This document shows, in pieces, positions 10,486 to 20,359 of a stretch of DNA of 64,000 nucleotides; the stretch's first letter is position 1, and every line of letters starts with the position of its first letter. The stretch is taken from contig OZ241326.1 in the NCBI GenBank assembly GCA_965199855.1, positions 1,088,001 through 1,152,000 of the forward strand, given 5' to 3'. The translations under genes and the position numbers were made by a program. Below the pieces are notes generated by a model. It worked only from the letters and a program-made list of their open reading frames with translations, had not been told where the DNA came from and did no database searches. Origin of the DNA: a bacterium (lineage in GTDB: Bacteria > UBA8248).

Positions 10486-11040
10486 ATGGACGAGGTGATC
10501 GCCGCGCTGAAGAAGAAGATGCAGTCCACCCTGGAGTCCTACAGGTCGGAGACCGCCCGCGTGCGCACCGGGCGCGCCTCGGCGAATCTCGTCAGCGGCG
10601 TGATGGTGGAATACTACGGCGCGCCCACGCCCCTGAGCCAGCTCGCCTCCCTGAGCGTGCCCGAGCCCCGGCTCATCGTGGTCCAGCCCTTCGACCTGAA
10701 CTCGCTGGGCGACATCGAGAAGGCGATTCAGGCGGCGGAGCTGGGCCTCAACCCGGCGAACGACGGCAAGATCATCCGCGTGCCCGTGCCGCCGCTCACC
10801 GAGGAGCGGCGCAGGGAGATGGTGAAGCTGGTGAAGAGGATGGCGGAGGAGCACAGGGTCGCGCTCCGCAACGTCCGGCGCGAGGGCAACGACAGGATGA
10901 AGGAACTCGAGAAGAAAAAAGAGATCGCCGAGGACGACCTCCGCAAGGGGCAGGGCGAGGTTCAGAAGCTCACGGATCAGTTCGTCTCGGAGCTGGACGC
11001 CCTGCTCGCGGCGAAAGAGAAAGAGATTCTCGAAGTATAG
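10486..11040 (+). CDS. frr: Ribosome recycling factor
   Basis: VRTGRAS and PPLTEERR motifs. Confidence 0.97.
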   Translation: MDEVIAALKKKMQSTLESYRSETARVRTGRASANLVSGVMVEYYGAPTPLSQLASLSVPEPRLIVVQPFDLNSLGDIEKAIQAAELGLNPANDGKIIRVPVPPLTEERRREMVKLVKRMAEEHRVALRNVRREGNDRMKELEKKKEIAEDDLRKGQGEVQKLTDQFVSELDALLAAKEKEILEV

Positions 11041-11058
11041 CCGTTCACGGGAGCGGAC

Positions 11059-11823
11059 ATGGAGCGTCGCATCGACCCGCGCATCGAGCTCGAACGGCTT
11101 CCCCGCCACATCGGCGTCATCATGGACGGGAACGGCCGCTGGGCGAGGCAGCGCCTTCTCCCCCGGGTCGCGGGCCACCGCGAGGGCGTGAAGGCCGTGG
11201 ACAGGGTGGTGGCCCACGCGCGGCGCATGGGGGTCGGGGCCCTCACCCTCTACAGCTTCTCGCTCGAGAACTGGAACCGGCCCCGGGACGAGGTGGACGC
11301 GCTCATGGACATTCTGGCGGACTACCTCGAGCGCGAGCTGCAGCGGATGCTCCGGGAGGGCATCCGCTTCAACACCATCGGACGCGAGGATGACCTGCCC
11401 CTGTTCGCGCAGGAGATCGTTCAGCGCGTCCGGGAGCGGACGGCGGATCAGGACGGGATGACGCTGACCCTCGCGCTGAGCTACGGGTCGCGGCGCGAGA
11501 TCACCGACGCGGCGCGCGCCGTCGCCGAGGAGGTGCGGAGGGGGATTCTCCAGCCCGAGGAGATCGACGAGCGCGACCTCGAGCGCCATCTCTACACGGC
11601 GGAGCTCCCCACGCTCGACCTGCTCATCCGCACGAGCGGCGAGCTCAGGCTTTCCAACTACCTTCTCTGGCAGGCGGCCTACGCGGAGCTGTATTTCACG
11701 GACGTCAAATGGCCGGAGTTCGGCGAGCGCGAGCTCGAAAGCGCCGTTCTCGCCTACCAGGCCCGGGTGCGGAAGTTCGGCCTCACCGAGGAGCAGTTCG
11801 CGGCCCGGAAAACCGGGCTTTGA
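11059..11823 (+). CDS. uppS: Undecaprenyl diphosphate synthase (isoprenyl transferase)
   Basis: HIGVIMDGNGRWA, FSLENWNRP and IRTSGELRLSNYLLWQ motifs. Confidence 0.97.
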   Translation: MERRIDPRIELERLPRHIGVIMDGNGRWARQRLLPRVAGHREGVKAVDRVVAHARRMGVGALTLYSFSLENWNRPRDEVDALMDILADYLERELQRMLREGIRFNTIGREDDLPLFAQEIVQRVRERTADQDGMTLTLALSYGSRREITDAARAVAEEVRRGILQPEEIDERDLERHLYTAELPTLDLLIRTSGELRLSNYLLWQAAYAELYFTDVKWPEFGERELESAVLAYQARVRKFGLTEEQFAARKTGL

Positions 11824-12614
11824 CCCGCCTCCTCAGCGCCCTGGCGCTCGCCGCGCCCGTTCTCGCCGTCCTGCTCCTCGCTCCTCCCGCAGCGTTTCTC
11901 TTCATGGTGGTTCCGCTCGTCTTTCGCGCGGGCTGGGAGCTTCAGAGCCTCCTCAACCTTTGCGGGGGGCGCGCCGCCGGGGCGTGGCAGGGGGCGCTGG
12001 ACGCCTCCGCCTTCGCGCTCGCCGTCTGGGCGGGCGGCTTCTGGCCGGCGCTGGTTCTGGCGGTGGTCGCGCTTCGCGCTCTCCCGGGCGCGCTTTCGGG
12101 CCGCGCCCCCGGCGGGAGTCTCGCCCTGGCGGGAGCGCCGCTTCTCGGGGCGGCGTGGGTGGGCGGCGCCGGCGGGCTCATCGCGCTTCTCAGGGACTCG
12201 CCGGGCGGCAGGGAGGCCGTCTTTTTCCTGCTCGTAGTCGTCTGGGCGAACGACATAGCGGCCATGTTCACCGGAAGGGCGATCGGGCGCAGAAAGCTCG
12301 CGCCGCGAATCAGCCCCGCGAAGACGGTGGAGGGAGCGATAGGGGGCGTCCTCGCCGGCGTTCTGGCGGGCGCCGCCGCGGCGCGCTTCATGGGCGCGCC
12401 CGGCGTAGGCCCCTGGCTGGCGGCGCTCGCGTCCGCGCTCATCGGGGCGTTCGCGCTGGCGGGAGACCTGGCCGAGTCGGCGCTCAAGCGCGCCGCCGGG
12501 CGCAAGGACGCCTCGGACATCATCCCCGGCCACGGAGGGCTGCTCGACAGAATTGATGGTTTGCTCGCGGCGGTGCCCGCGTTCTACTATTTTCTGCATT
12601 GGGCGAGGCCTTGA
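11820..12614 (+). CDS. cdsA: Phosphatidate cytidylyltransferase
   Basis: ISPAKTVEG, GDLAESALKR..KD and IPGHGGLLDRIDG motifs; TTG start overlapping uppS stop is inferred. Confidence 0.93.
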   Translation: MTRLLSALALAAPVLAVLLLAPPAAFLFMVVPLVFRAGWELQSLLNLCGGRAAGAWQGALDASAFALAVWAGGFWPALVLAVVALRALPGALSGRAPGGSLALAGAPLLGAAWVGGAGGLIALLRDSPGGREAVFFLLVVVWANDIAAMFTGRAIGRRKLAPRISPAKTVEGAIGGVLAGVLAGAAAARFMGAPGVGPWLAALASALIGAFALAGDLAESALKRAAGRKDASDIIPGHGGLLDRIDGLLAAVPAFYYFLHWARP

Positions 12615-12648
12615 GGGAACCGCTCGTTCCTCGCGCGCGGAGCGAAGC

Positions 12649-13821
12649 ATGAAGCGGCGAAAGATAGCCATACTCGGCTCCACGGGCAGCATCGGAGAAA
12701 ACGCCCTTCGCGTCGCCGCGCAGTTTCCCGAGAGAATCGAGGTGGCGGCGCTCGCCGCCGGCGCGAACTGGGAGCGCCTCGCCGAGCAGGCGAGGCGGTT
12801 CAGACCCCGGCTCGTCGCCCTGGCGGACCCGGGCGCCGCGGCGCGGGCGAGAGACGCCCTCCCTCCCGGAATCCGCGCGCTCTCGGGCGAGGAGGGGCTG
12901 CGGGAAGCCGCCGCGGGCGCGGGCGCCGACCTCGTGGTCTCCGCCCTGGTGGGCGCGGCGGGGCTTCGGCCCACGCTGGCGGCGATCGAGGCGGGCGCCT
13001 CGATCGCGCTGGCGAACAAGGAGGCGCTCGTCATGGCGGGGGCGCTCGTCACCTCGCGGGCGCGGGCGCGCGGCGCCGCGCTTCTTCCGGTGGACAGCGA
13101 GCACGCGGCCGCCGCGCAGGCGCTGGAGGGGAGACCCCGCGCCGAGGTGAAGCGCGTCGTCCTCACGGCTTCGGGCGGGCCCTTTCGGAACCACACGCCG
13201 GAGGCGATGAAGAGCGTCTCGCCCCGGGAGGCGCTGAAGCACCCGAGCTGGAAGATGGGCCCCAAAATCACCATCGATTCCGCCTCGATGATGAACAAGG
13301 GCCTCGAGATCATCGAGGCACGCTGGCTCTTCGACTTGAAGCCGGAGCAGGTGGACGTGCTGGTTCACCCGCAAAGCGTCGTGCACGCGCTGGCGGAGTT
13401 CGTGGACGGCAGCTTCGCGGCGCAGATGAGCGCGCCGGACATGCGGATTCCCATCGCGCAGGCGCTCTTCTCGCCCGAGAAGCTGCCCGTCGAGGCGCCG
13501 CGGCTCGACCTCGCCGAGGTCGGCGCGCTGACCTTCGAGGCGCCCGACCCCGGACGGTTTCCCTGCCTTCTCCACGCGCGGGAGGCGATGCGCGCGGGCG
13601 GAACGGCGCCCGCCGTCCTCAACGCGGCGAACGAGGTGGCCGTCGCCTCCTTCCTGGCGGGGGCGTCGGGGTTCATGGACATTCCGGACGTGGTGGGCGC
13701 CGCGCTGGAGGCCCACGAGAACCGGGGCGCGGAGTCGCTCGAGGCGATCCTGGAGGCGGACGGCTGGGCGCGCGCCTGCGCCGCCGCCCGGCTGAACGGG
13801 GCCGCCGCCCGGGGCCGATGA
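12649..13821 (+). CDS. dxr: 1-deoxy-D-xylulose-5-phosphate reductoisomerase
   Basis: ILGSTGSIG, LANKE, PVDSEH, HPSWKMGPKITIDSA and NKGLE motifs. Confidence 0.97.
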   Translation: MKRRKIAILGSTGSIGENALRVAAQFPERIEVAALAAGANWERLAEQARRFRPRLVALADPGAAARARDALPPGIRALSGEEGLREAAAGAGADLVVSALVGAAGLRPTLAAIEAGASIALANKEALVMAGALVTSRARARGAALLPVDSEHAAAAQALEGRPRAEVKRVVLTASGGPFRNHTPEAMKSVSPREALKHPSWKMGPKITIDSASMMNKGLEIIEARWLFDLKPEQVDVLVHPQSVVHALAEFVDGSFAAQMSAPDMRIPIAQALFSPEKLPVEAPRLDLAEVGALTFEAPDPGRFPCLLHAREAMRAGGTAPAVLNAANEVAVASFLAGASGFMDIPDVVGAALEAHENRGAESLEAILEADGWARACAAARLNGAAARGR

Positions 13822-14288
13822 ATCCTCCGCGGGCGTGCGGCGCGCCGGCGAAGTTCATCGCCACGCTGGGCGGACTGGGCGGGTTTCCCCGCGCGCCGGG
13901 CACGGCGGCGTCGCTGGCGGCCGTCGCGCTCTACGCCGCGCTCCACGCGGCGAACCGCTGGCTTCCCGTCGCGTTCCTGGCGCTCCTGGCGCCGCTCGCC
14001 GTCTGGGCGGCGGGGAAATACGCGGCGGAGGCGAGGCGGCGCGACCCCCCGGAGGTCGTCGCGGACGAGTGGGTGGGCCAGTTCGTCTGCCTCGTCGGGG
14101 TCGCTCCGGGGGCGGCGTCGCTGGCGGCGGGCTTCCTGCTGTTTCGGGCCTTCGACATCCTGAAGCCGCCGTTCGTCCGCCGTCTGGAGAGGTTGCCGGG
14201 CGGGGCGGGCGTCGTGGCGGACGACGTGGCCGCAGGCGTCATGGGGCGCGCCGCCCTGTTCGGCCTGGCGCAGCTGGGCGTGGTCTGA
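13818..14288 (+). CDS. pgpA: Phosphatidylglycerophosphatase A
   Basis: APGTAAS, DPPEVVADE, FRAFDILKP and GVVADD motifs. Confidence 0.92.
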   Translation: MNPPRACGAPAKFIATLGGLGGFPRAPGTAASLAAVALYAALHAANRWLPVAFLALLAPLAVWAAGKYAAEARRRDPPEVVADEWVGQFVCLVGVAPGAASLAAGFLLFRAFDILKPPFVRRLERLPGGAGVVADDVAAGVMGRAALFGLAQLGVV

Positions 14289-14307
14289 TTCCCGGGGAGG
14301 CGAGGAA

Positions 14308-14805
14308 ATGGCGGAATCCCTGGAGGAGCGGCTCGGGGCGCGCCTGCTCGCGCGGGGCTGGCGCATCGCCACGGCGGAGAGCTGCACGGGCGGGCTGATA
14401 GCCAGCCGCATCACCGACGTCTCCGGCAGCTCCGCCTGGTTCGGGCAGGGCTTCATTACCTACGGCAACGAGGCGAAAATGGCGCTTCTGGGCGTGCCCG
14501 AGGCCGTCGTGGCGCGCGAGGGCGGGCCCGGCGCGGTGAGCGAGGTCTGCGCGCGGGCGATGGCGGAGGGCGTCCGAAGGGCGGCGGGCGCCGAGGTCGG
14601 GCTTTCCGTCACAGGCATCGCCGGCCCCACGGGCGGAAGCGCGGAGAAGCCGGTGGGAACGGCGTATATGGCGCTCGCCCTGCCTTCGGGCGTCTCCTGC
14701 CGGCATCATCTGTTCCGGGGTTCGCGCCTTGCGGTGAAGGCGCAGGCGGCGGCGGCCGCCCTCGAAATGACGCTGGAAGCCCTGGCGCGCCCCGGGGAGG
14801 AGTGA
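14308..14805 (+). CDS. cinA: CinA C-terminal domain protein (NMN deamidase PncC)
   Basis: AESCTGG, SGSS and TGIAGPTGGSAEKPVG motifs. Confidence 0.92.
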   Translation: MAESLEERLGARLLARGWRIATAESCTGGLIASRITDVSGSSAWFGQGFITYGNEAKMALLGVPEAVVAREGGPGAVSEVCARAMAEGVRRAAGAEVGLSVTGIAGPTGGSAEKPVGTAYMALALPSGVSCRHHLFRGSRLAVKAQAAAAALEMTLEALARPGEE

Positions 14806-14893
14806 CGCGCCCCGCTCCTGAGGCGCGCCGCGCCGGTCTCCCGGGCGGGCCATGCGCGCGTCCTCGCGCCGCCCCCGCGTAAGGAGGCTCCCC

Positions 14894-15469
14894 ATGCGCG
14901 CGTTCGCGGCGATTCCGTTCGGCGAGGAAGAGCGCGAAATCCTCGATTCCCTCCAGCACTCGCTCGCCGCCATGCCCGCCCTCGCCGATTTTCGCTGGGC
15001 GAGAGCCGGCGGCGTTCACCTGACGCTGCGCTTTCTGGGCGAGATAGAGGAGGCGCGGGCGGAGGCCGCCGCGGAGGCGCTGCGCCTGGCGGGGAAGGAC
15101 GCGCCCGCCTTCGAGGTTCCCCTGGAGCGCTTCGGCGTCTTTCCGCATCTCAAGCGGCCGGGCGCGCTCTGGGCGGGGCCGCAGCAGGCGCCCGCGCCTC
15201 TGGCGGCGCTCGAAGCGCGCCTCTCGCGTCATCTGGCGGAGGCGGGGTTTCCCGCGGAGGATCGCCCCTTTCGCCCGCACATGACGCTGGCGCGCCGCCG
15301 CTCGCGGGATCGCCCGCCCGCGGGCCTCGAGGGCGAGCTGGAAGTCGCCGAGCGGCGCTGGCTCTCGCCGCCTCCCCTCCTGCGCGCGCGCGAGGCCGTC
15401 CTTCTCCGGAGCGAGCTGGGCCCCGGCGGCGCGGTTCATACCACCCTGGCGAAGGTCGCGCTGGGGTGA
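14894..15469 (+). CDS. thpR: RNA 2',3'-cyclic phosphodiesterase (2H family)
   Basis: Two HxT motifs (HLTLRFLG, PHMTLAR); AAGGAGG RBS; lies between cinA and recA. Confidence 0.92.
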   Translation: MRAFAAIPFGEEEREILDSLQHSLAAMPALADFRWARAGGVHLTLRFLGEIEEARAEAAAEALRLAGKDAPAFEVPLERFGVFPHLKRPGALWAGPQQAPAPLAALEARLSRHLAEAGFPAEDRPFRPHMTLARRRSRDRPPAGLEGELEVAERRWLSPPPLLRAREAVLLRSELGPGGAVHTTLAKVALG

Positions 15470-15691
15470 GGGGACTCCCGGCGCGGGCGATTCGCTCGTC
15501 TCGCTGCGTCCGTCCAGGCGGCCAGGGCATGGAAAATCGCACGCACGCCGGGAGTTTCCTGAATGCCGGACGAAAGAGAAAAACGAGGCTCTGCCCGGAA
15601 TGCTTCAAGAGATGAATCTCCGCCTGCGAGATGCTTTGTCCCTCCGCTCCGTGAAAAAATGCTTTTTCACCCGAATTTTCGCTTTTTATAC

Positions 15692-15721
15692 TTGATTCGC
15701 GTCCTCGTTTTCGCGTATATT
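15692..15721 (+). promoter_or_regulatory. sigma70-like promoter of recA
   Basis: TTGATT-18 bp-TATATT in an AT-rich intergenic patch. Confidence 0.55.
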
Positions 15722-15914
15722 TGGCGAAAATCAGACGCCGCCCCGGGTTGCGGGAAGCGGTCGGCATGGAGAGGGAAGCCCGCGCCGCGCGAATTCTCCG
15801 GGCGCGAGGGCGCATAAGGGCGCTTTCGCGTTGCGCGGAGAGGGCGAATCCCCTACATTCATGCCGTCCCCGCCCGGCGCGCCGCCGCGTTCCTCCGTCC
15901 AAGGGAGTTTTTCG

Positions 15915-17030
15915 ATGAACCTCAAGAACGGTTCCCCCGCCTTCAAATCCGAGAACCCGCAGGAGCGCGAGCGCCGCGACAAGGCGCTCGACATGGCCTT
16001 CAACCAGATCAACCGCCAGTTCGGCAAGGGCTCCATCATGCGCCTGGGCGAGGGGCCGGGCGTGGAGGCGATTCAGTCCATCTCGACGGGGGCGGTCTCG
16101 CTCGACGCCGCCCTGGGCTGCGGGGGGGTGCCGCGCGGGCGCATCGTGGAGATATTCGGCCCCGAATCCTCGGGCAAGACGACCATCGCCCTGCAAATCA
16201 TCGCGGAGGCGCAGTGCCGGGGCGGCATGGCCGCCTTCGTGGACGCGGAGCACGCCCTCGACCCGCTCTACGCCAAGGCGCTGGGCGTCAAGACGGACAG
16301 CCTCATCCTCTCCCAGCCCGACACGGGCGAGCAGGCTTTGGAGATCGCCGAGATTCTCACGAGCAGCGGCTCGCTCGACGTGGTCGTCATCGACTCCGTG
16401 GCCGCCCTCGTGCCGAAGGCGGAGCTGGAGGGCGACATGGGGGATCACCACGTGGGGCTTCAGGCGCGGCTCATGAGCCAGGCGCTCCGCAAGCTCACCG
16501 GCGTGGTGCACAGAAGCCACACCTGCTTCATCTTCATCAACCAGATTCGCATGAAGATCGGCGTCATGTTCGGAAACCCCGAGACCACCTCGGGCGGAAA
16601 CGCGCTCAAGTTCTACTCCTCGGTGCGCATGGACATCCGGCGGATCGCCGCCATCAAGGAGGGCGACAGCAACGTGGGCAACAGGACGCGGGTGCGCGTG
16701 GTGAAGAACAAGCTCGCCCCCCCGTTCCGAACGGCGGAGTTCGACATCATGTTCGGGCGGGGCGTCTCGAAGGAGGGCGACGTGCTCGATCTGGCCGTCG
16801 AGCGCGGCGTCGTCGGCAAGACCGGCGCGTGGTATTCCTTCAATGAGGAGCGCATCGGCCAGGGGCGCGAGAACGTGAAGCGGTTTCTGGGCGAGAACCC
16901 GGACGTGTTCGCCGAGATCGAAAGGCGGGTGCGGGGCGCGCTCGGCATCGGCGGGCCGGAAGCGGCCGCCGCGCCGGAGACCCCCGCCCCGCGCGCCGGG
17001 GAGCCTCCCCGGGCGGCTGCGCCCAGGTGA
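15915..17030 (+). CDS. recA: Recombinase RecA
   Basis: [44 protein letters not shown] motifs. Confidence 0.99.
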   Translation: MNLKNGSPAFKSENPQERERRDKALDMAFNQINRQFGKGSIMRLGEGPGVEAIQSISTGAVSLDAALGCGGVPRGRIVEIFGPESSGKTTIALQIIAEAQCRGGMAAFVDAEHALDPLYAKALGVKTDSLILSQPDTGEQALEIAEILTSSGSLDVVVIDSVAALVPKAELEGDMGDHHVGLQARLMSQALRKLTGVVHRSHTCFIFINQIRMKIGVMFGNPETTSGGNALKFYSSVRMDIRRIAAIKEGDSNVGNRTRVRVVKNKLAPPFRTAEFDIMFGRGVSKEGDVLDLAVERGVVGKTGAWYSFNEERIGQGRENVKRFLGENPDVFAEIERRVRGALGIGGPEAAAAPETPAPRAGEPPRAAAPR

Positions 17031-17070
17031 GGAAGCCCGCCTCGAAGCGGCCGAGAGAAGGAGAGGCGTC

Positions 17071-18222
17071 ATGGGCGAGAGCCGATCGGCCGGGGCCGCG
17101 TCTTCCTCTGCGGGTGAAGCCTTTTACCGGAGCGGCGCGTTCTGGACGGCGCGGCAGCGTCAGGCGAACCGCATTCACGAGATAAGCTACCGCGCCTGCT
17201 TCAAGCCGCAGCTGCCCGCCTATTTCATCGAGAGATTCACGGACAGGGGCGACGTGGTTCACGACCCGTTCATGGGGCGCGGAACGACCCCGGTGGAAGC
17301 CGCCCTGCGCGGGCGAATCCCCTACGGCAGCGACATAAACCCCTTGAGCCGCGCGCTCGTCGAGCCGAGAATCAACCCGCCTTCCATCGGGGCGATCGCA
17401 GCCCGGCTGCGCGGCGTTCCCTGGCGGGATTTTCGGGACATCGAGCATGAGGAGCTGCTCGTATTCTATCATCCCGACACGCTTCGGCGGATTGAGGGAT
17501 TGCGCCGCTGGCTGGCGAAGCGGGAAGAAGCGGGCGAACTCGACAAGGCGGATCGGTGGATCAGGATGGCGGCGATAAGCCGGCTGACGGGGCATTCATC
17601 GGGCTTCTTTTCCGTCTATACCATGCCTCCCAATCAGGCGGTAAGTCCGGCGCGCCAGAAAAAGATCAACGAAAGGCGCGGACAAACCCCGCCGTTCCGG
17701 GACGTTCCGCGCCTCATCGCCAAAAAGTCGAAGGTCCTGCTGTCCCAGGAGAGGCCCGAGGCGCGCGAAAGCCTCTTTCTGACCCGTCCTTCTTCCGAAA
17801 CGCCCGAAATACCCGACGCCTCCGTCGCGTTGACGGTAACGTCGCCTCCCTTTTTGAACATCGTCGACTACGCTTCCGACAACTGGCTGCGGTGCTGGTT
17901 TCTGGGGGTTGATCCGGCGGCGATTCCGGTGACGCAGCGCCGCCGCGCGGACGAATGGCAGGGTTTCGTCAGGGGCGCCTTCGTCGAGCTCGCTCGAATC
18001 ACTCGACCGGGCGGGCGCGTCGCCTTCGAGGTAGGGGAGGCGCGCAACGGCGCGCTGCGTTTGGATGACTATGTCCTGAAGGCGGTGGACGGTCTGCCCT
18101 TCGACGCCCTCGGCGTGCTCGTCAATCAGCATGAATTCACCAAGACCTCGAATTGCTGGGGGATTTCCAACAACCAGAAGGGCGTGAACAGCAACCGGGT
18201 TGTTCTGCTGAAGCGGCAATGA
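17071..18222 (+). CDS. Site-specific amino-DNA methyltransferase (N4-C/N6-A family, SPP-type)
   Basis: Motif I DPFMGRGTT precedes motif IV TSPPF (alpha arrangement). Confidence 0.85.
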   Translation: MGESRSAGAASSSAGEAFYRSGAFWTARQRQANRIHEISYRACFKPQLPAYFIERFTDRGDVVHDPFMGRGTTPVEAALRGRIPYGSDINPLSRALVEPRINPPSIGAIAARLRGVPWRDFRDIEHEELLVFYHPDTLRRIEGLRRWLAKREEAGELDKADRWIRMAAISRLTGHSSGFFSVYTMPPNQAVSPARQKKINERRGQTPPFRDVPRLIAKKSKVLLSQERPEARESLFLTRPSSETPEIPDASVALTVTSPPFLNIVDYASDNWLRCWFLGVDPAAIPVTQRRRADEWQGFVRGAFVELARITRPGGRVAFEVGEARNGALRLDDYVLKAVDGLPFDALGVLVNQHEFTKTSNCWGISNNQKGVNSNRVVLLKRQ

Positions 18223-18331
18223 CGGAAAGCGGGCGTGAAAAGAAGCTGGAAGAATTGCCGGCGCGCTGCGCGCATTCGCTGAGGAACGCCTTCCGGTGAG
18301 GCCGCCATTGACGAAATCGTCCGCCGTTCCC

Positions 18332-19477
18332 GTGAGCCAGAAGCATCTGGGCTATGAGGACCGGGTGAATCTGGGCAGCTGCTACACCCCTCCCGCCTGC
18401 GTGAGGCTGGCGTGGGAGATGCTCGCCCCCCGGGTGGATTCGGAGACGGTCATCCTGGACAGCGCGTGCGGATACGGGCGTTTTCTCGAAAGCGCCCGGC
18501 AGCGCGCCGTGATCGGGTGCGACCTGGACGAGGCCGCAGTCGCCGTGGCGAGGCGAAGCGGGGCGCGCGCCAGATTCTTTCAGGCCAACTCCCTGCGCGG
18601 CGTCCGCCGCTCGAAGTTCGGCGTCCCCGAAGGCGCCAGGCTCGCCGTCGTCGGCAATCCTCCCTACAACGACCGCACCTCCCTGATCCGGCGGGGAATC
18701 AAAAGCGCCTCCTTCGACGTGGATGAGGACATCGCCCGCCGGGATCTCGGGCTGTCGTTCCTGCTCTCCTACGACAAGCTGAAGGCCGACCTGGTCTGCG
18801 TCCTGCACCCCCTCTCCTACCTCATCAAGCCCGCCAACTTCAGGCTGCTGGGAAGCTTCGCCGCGAACTACAGGCTGATGGAGGGGCTGCTCATCAGCAG
18901 CGGCGAGTTTCTCGAATCCGCCGGGCTGGCGCCGTTTCCCATCGCAATCGCCCTTTACGCCAGAGACCCCGAAGGCATGGCGCATGACTTCATTCGCGCC
19001 TTTCGCTTCCGAACGGGGGGCGCGGCCCATTTCCGCCTCGATGACTTCGACTACGTCTCCCGCTATATCGACAAGTATCCCCGGCGAAGGAGCCGCGCGC
19101 CGGCGGGCCGGGAGCCTCTGTTCTTCTGGACGATGCGCGACGTCAACGCCTTGCGGAGAAACCGCACTTTCGTGAAAAAGCGCGGCGCCCATACGATCGA
19201 GATAGACGAGGGGAAGCTCGACTACTATGCGTACGTGGACGTTTTCAAGAGAAACCTCCACAGGCTGCCCTTCTATTTCGGCAACTGCGACGTGATGATA
19301 GACGATGAGTCGTTCAGGCGGCATCGGGACTGGTTCATGCTGGACGCCGTGAATCACCATCCGCATCTGAAAGGGCGGGTTCGGACGAATCTCCCCCCGG
19401 ACGCCGGAGAGCCGGAGACGAGGGACAGAATCGACGGGTATTTCCGGCGTCTGCTGGGGGAGCATCATGCGGGTTGA
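18332..19477 (+). CDS. N6-adenine DNA methyltransferase, putative M.PabI-like
   Basis: LGSCYTP (motif X), LDSACGYGRF (I) and GNPPY (IV), gamma arrangement; overlaps next gene; start could be 18296, 18308 or 18332. Confidence 0.85.
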   Translation: MSQKHLGYEDRVNLGSCYTPPACVRLAWEMLAPRVDSETVILDSACGYGRFLESARQRAVIGCDLDEAAVAVARRSGARARFFQANSLRGVRRSKFGVPEGARLAVVGNPPYNDRTSLIRRGIKSASFDVDEDIARRDLGLSFLLSYDKLKADLVCVLHPLSYLIKPANFRLLGSFAANYRLMEGLLISSGEFLESAGLAPFPIAIALYARDPEGMAHDFIRAFRFRTGGAAHFRLDDFDYVSRYIDKYPRRRSRAPAGREPLFFWTMRDVNALRRNRTFVKKRGAHTIEIDEGKLDYYAYVDVFKRNLHRLPFYFGNCDVMIDDESFRRHRDWFMLDAVNHHPHLKGRVRTNLPPDAGEPETRDRIDGYFRRLLGEHHAG

Positions 19478-20246
19478 CGAGCAGAACCGGCGCATCCTCG
19501 TTGATATTCCCCTCACCGACCCGACGGGAAAATTCAGGGTCAAGTCGAGAAGATTCTTTTATGAATACGGCGTTCCCCACGCGGGCAGACAAAAGCCCTT
19601 TACCCGGGAAAACTACGTGGAATGGCAAATCAGTTATGACGTGGAAATGAAAAAACTAAGGGAGAAGCCTCGCCTCACCACCTTGCCCGATAAATTGTTT
19701 CCTGCGAACAACGGCAAGACCAAGGCGTTTTATGAGCTGTCGGAATATCTCTACTACTTCCATACGTGGGGCTGCGTGTCCGACGCGGAGTTAAAGGATA
19801 TGCGGAGGTTTTTATGCGGCCTGGGAGAGGACGATTTGTTGTCGAATCACGGGGACTGCAAAATAAAGCGGACCCATCCCGTTGAAAAGAAAATCAACGA
19901 CACGCGATTTTTCGGAATGACGCTGGAATATCCGCAACTGATTTACAAGTTCGAGGATTATGAAATTATCGTGGAAATCACGATAAGAGAGAAGCAGAGA
20001 GCGATCGGCGTTCAGCCGATGCTCTACCTTTGTTTTCCGATAACCGAACTCAGGACGAGCGACAATCTGATTGGCAGAACGGCGAAAGTAAAAGAACATG
20101 GACAATTCCTTTTGGATGAGGGCAACTACAGTGTCCTCGTCGAAATGGCGAGGATTTTCGGGATGCTCAGCCCCTCCCACAACAGGGACATGATCGCCAT
20201 TCTGGAAGCCGTGGCGGGAGAGGCGCAGGGAGCGCCGCCCCCGTAG
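19467..20246 (+). CDS. R.PabI-family restriction DNA glycosylase (HALFPIPE fold)
   Basis: IPLT..TGKFRVK, YVEWQISYD, YELSE, KQRAIGVQPMLY and FGMLSPSHNRD motifs recognised as the PabI family; visibly AT-richer than its neighbours. Confidence 0.8.
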   Translation: MRVDEQNRRILVDIPLTDPTGKFRVKSRRFFYEYGVPHAGRQKPFTRENYVEWQISYDVEMKKLREKPRLTTLPDKLFPANNGKTKAFYELSEYLYYFHTWGCVSDAELKDMRRFLCGLGEDDLLSNHGDCKIKRTHPVEKKINDTRFFGMTLEYPQLIYKFEDYEIIVEITIREKQRAIGVQPMLYLCFPITELRTSDNLIGRTAKVKEHGQFLLDEGNYSVLVEMARIFGMLSPSHNRDMIAILEAVAGEAQGAPPP

Positions 20247-20359
20247 GCGCCGCCCGGGCGCGGGCGGGAGAGGCCGCATCCTGGAGCGCGCCGCCTCGCC
20301 CGTGCTATATTCCCGCCTCCGCGCCGTTCGGCGCGCGGCTTTTTCCGGGGGGCGAACCC

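Noticed and set aside
15563-15817. 84-aa ORF upstream of recA
   Set aside because: Atypical composition, spans the promoter, no recognisable motif
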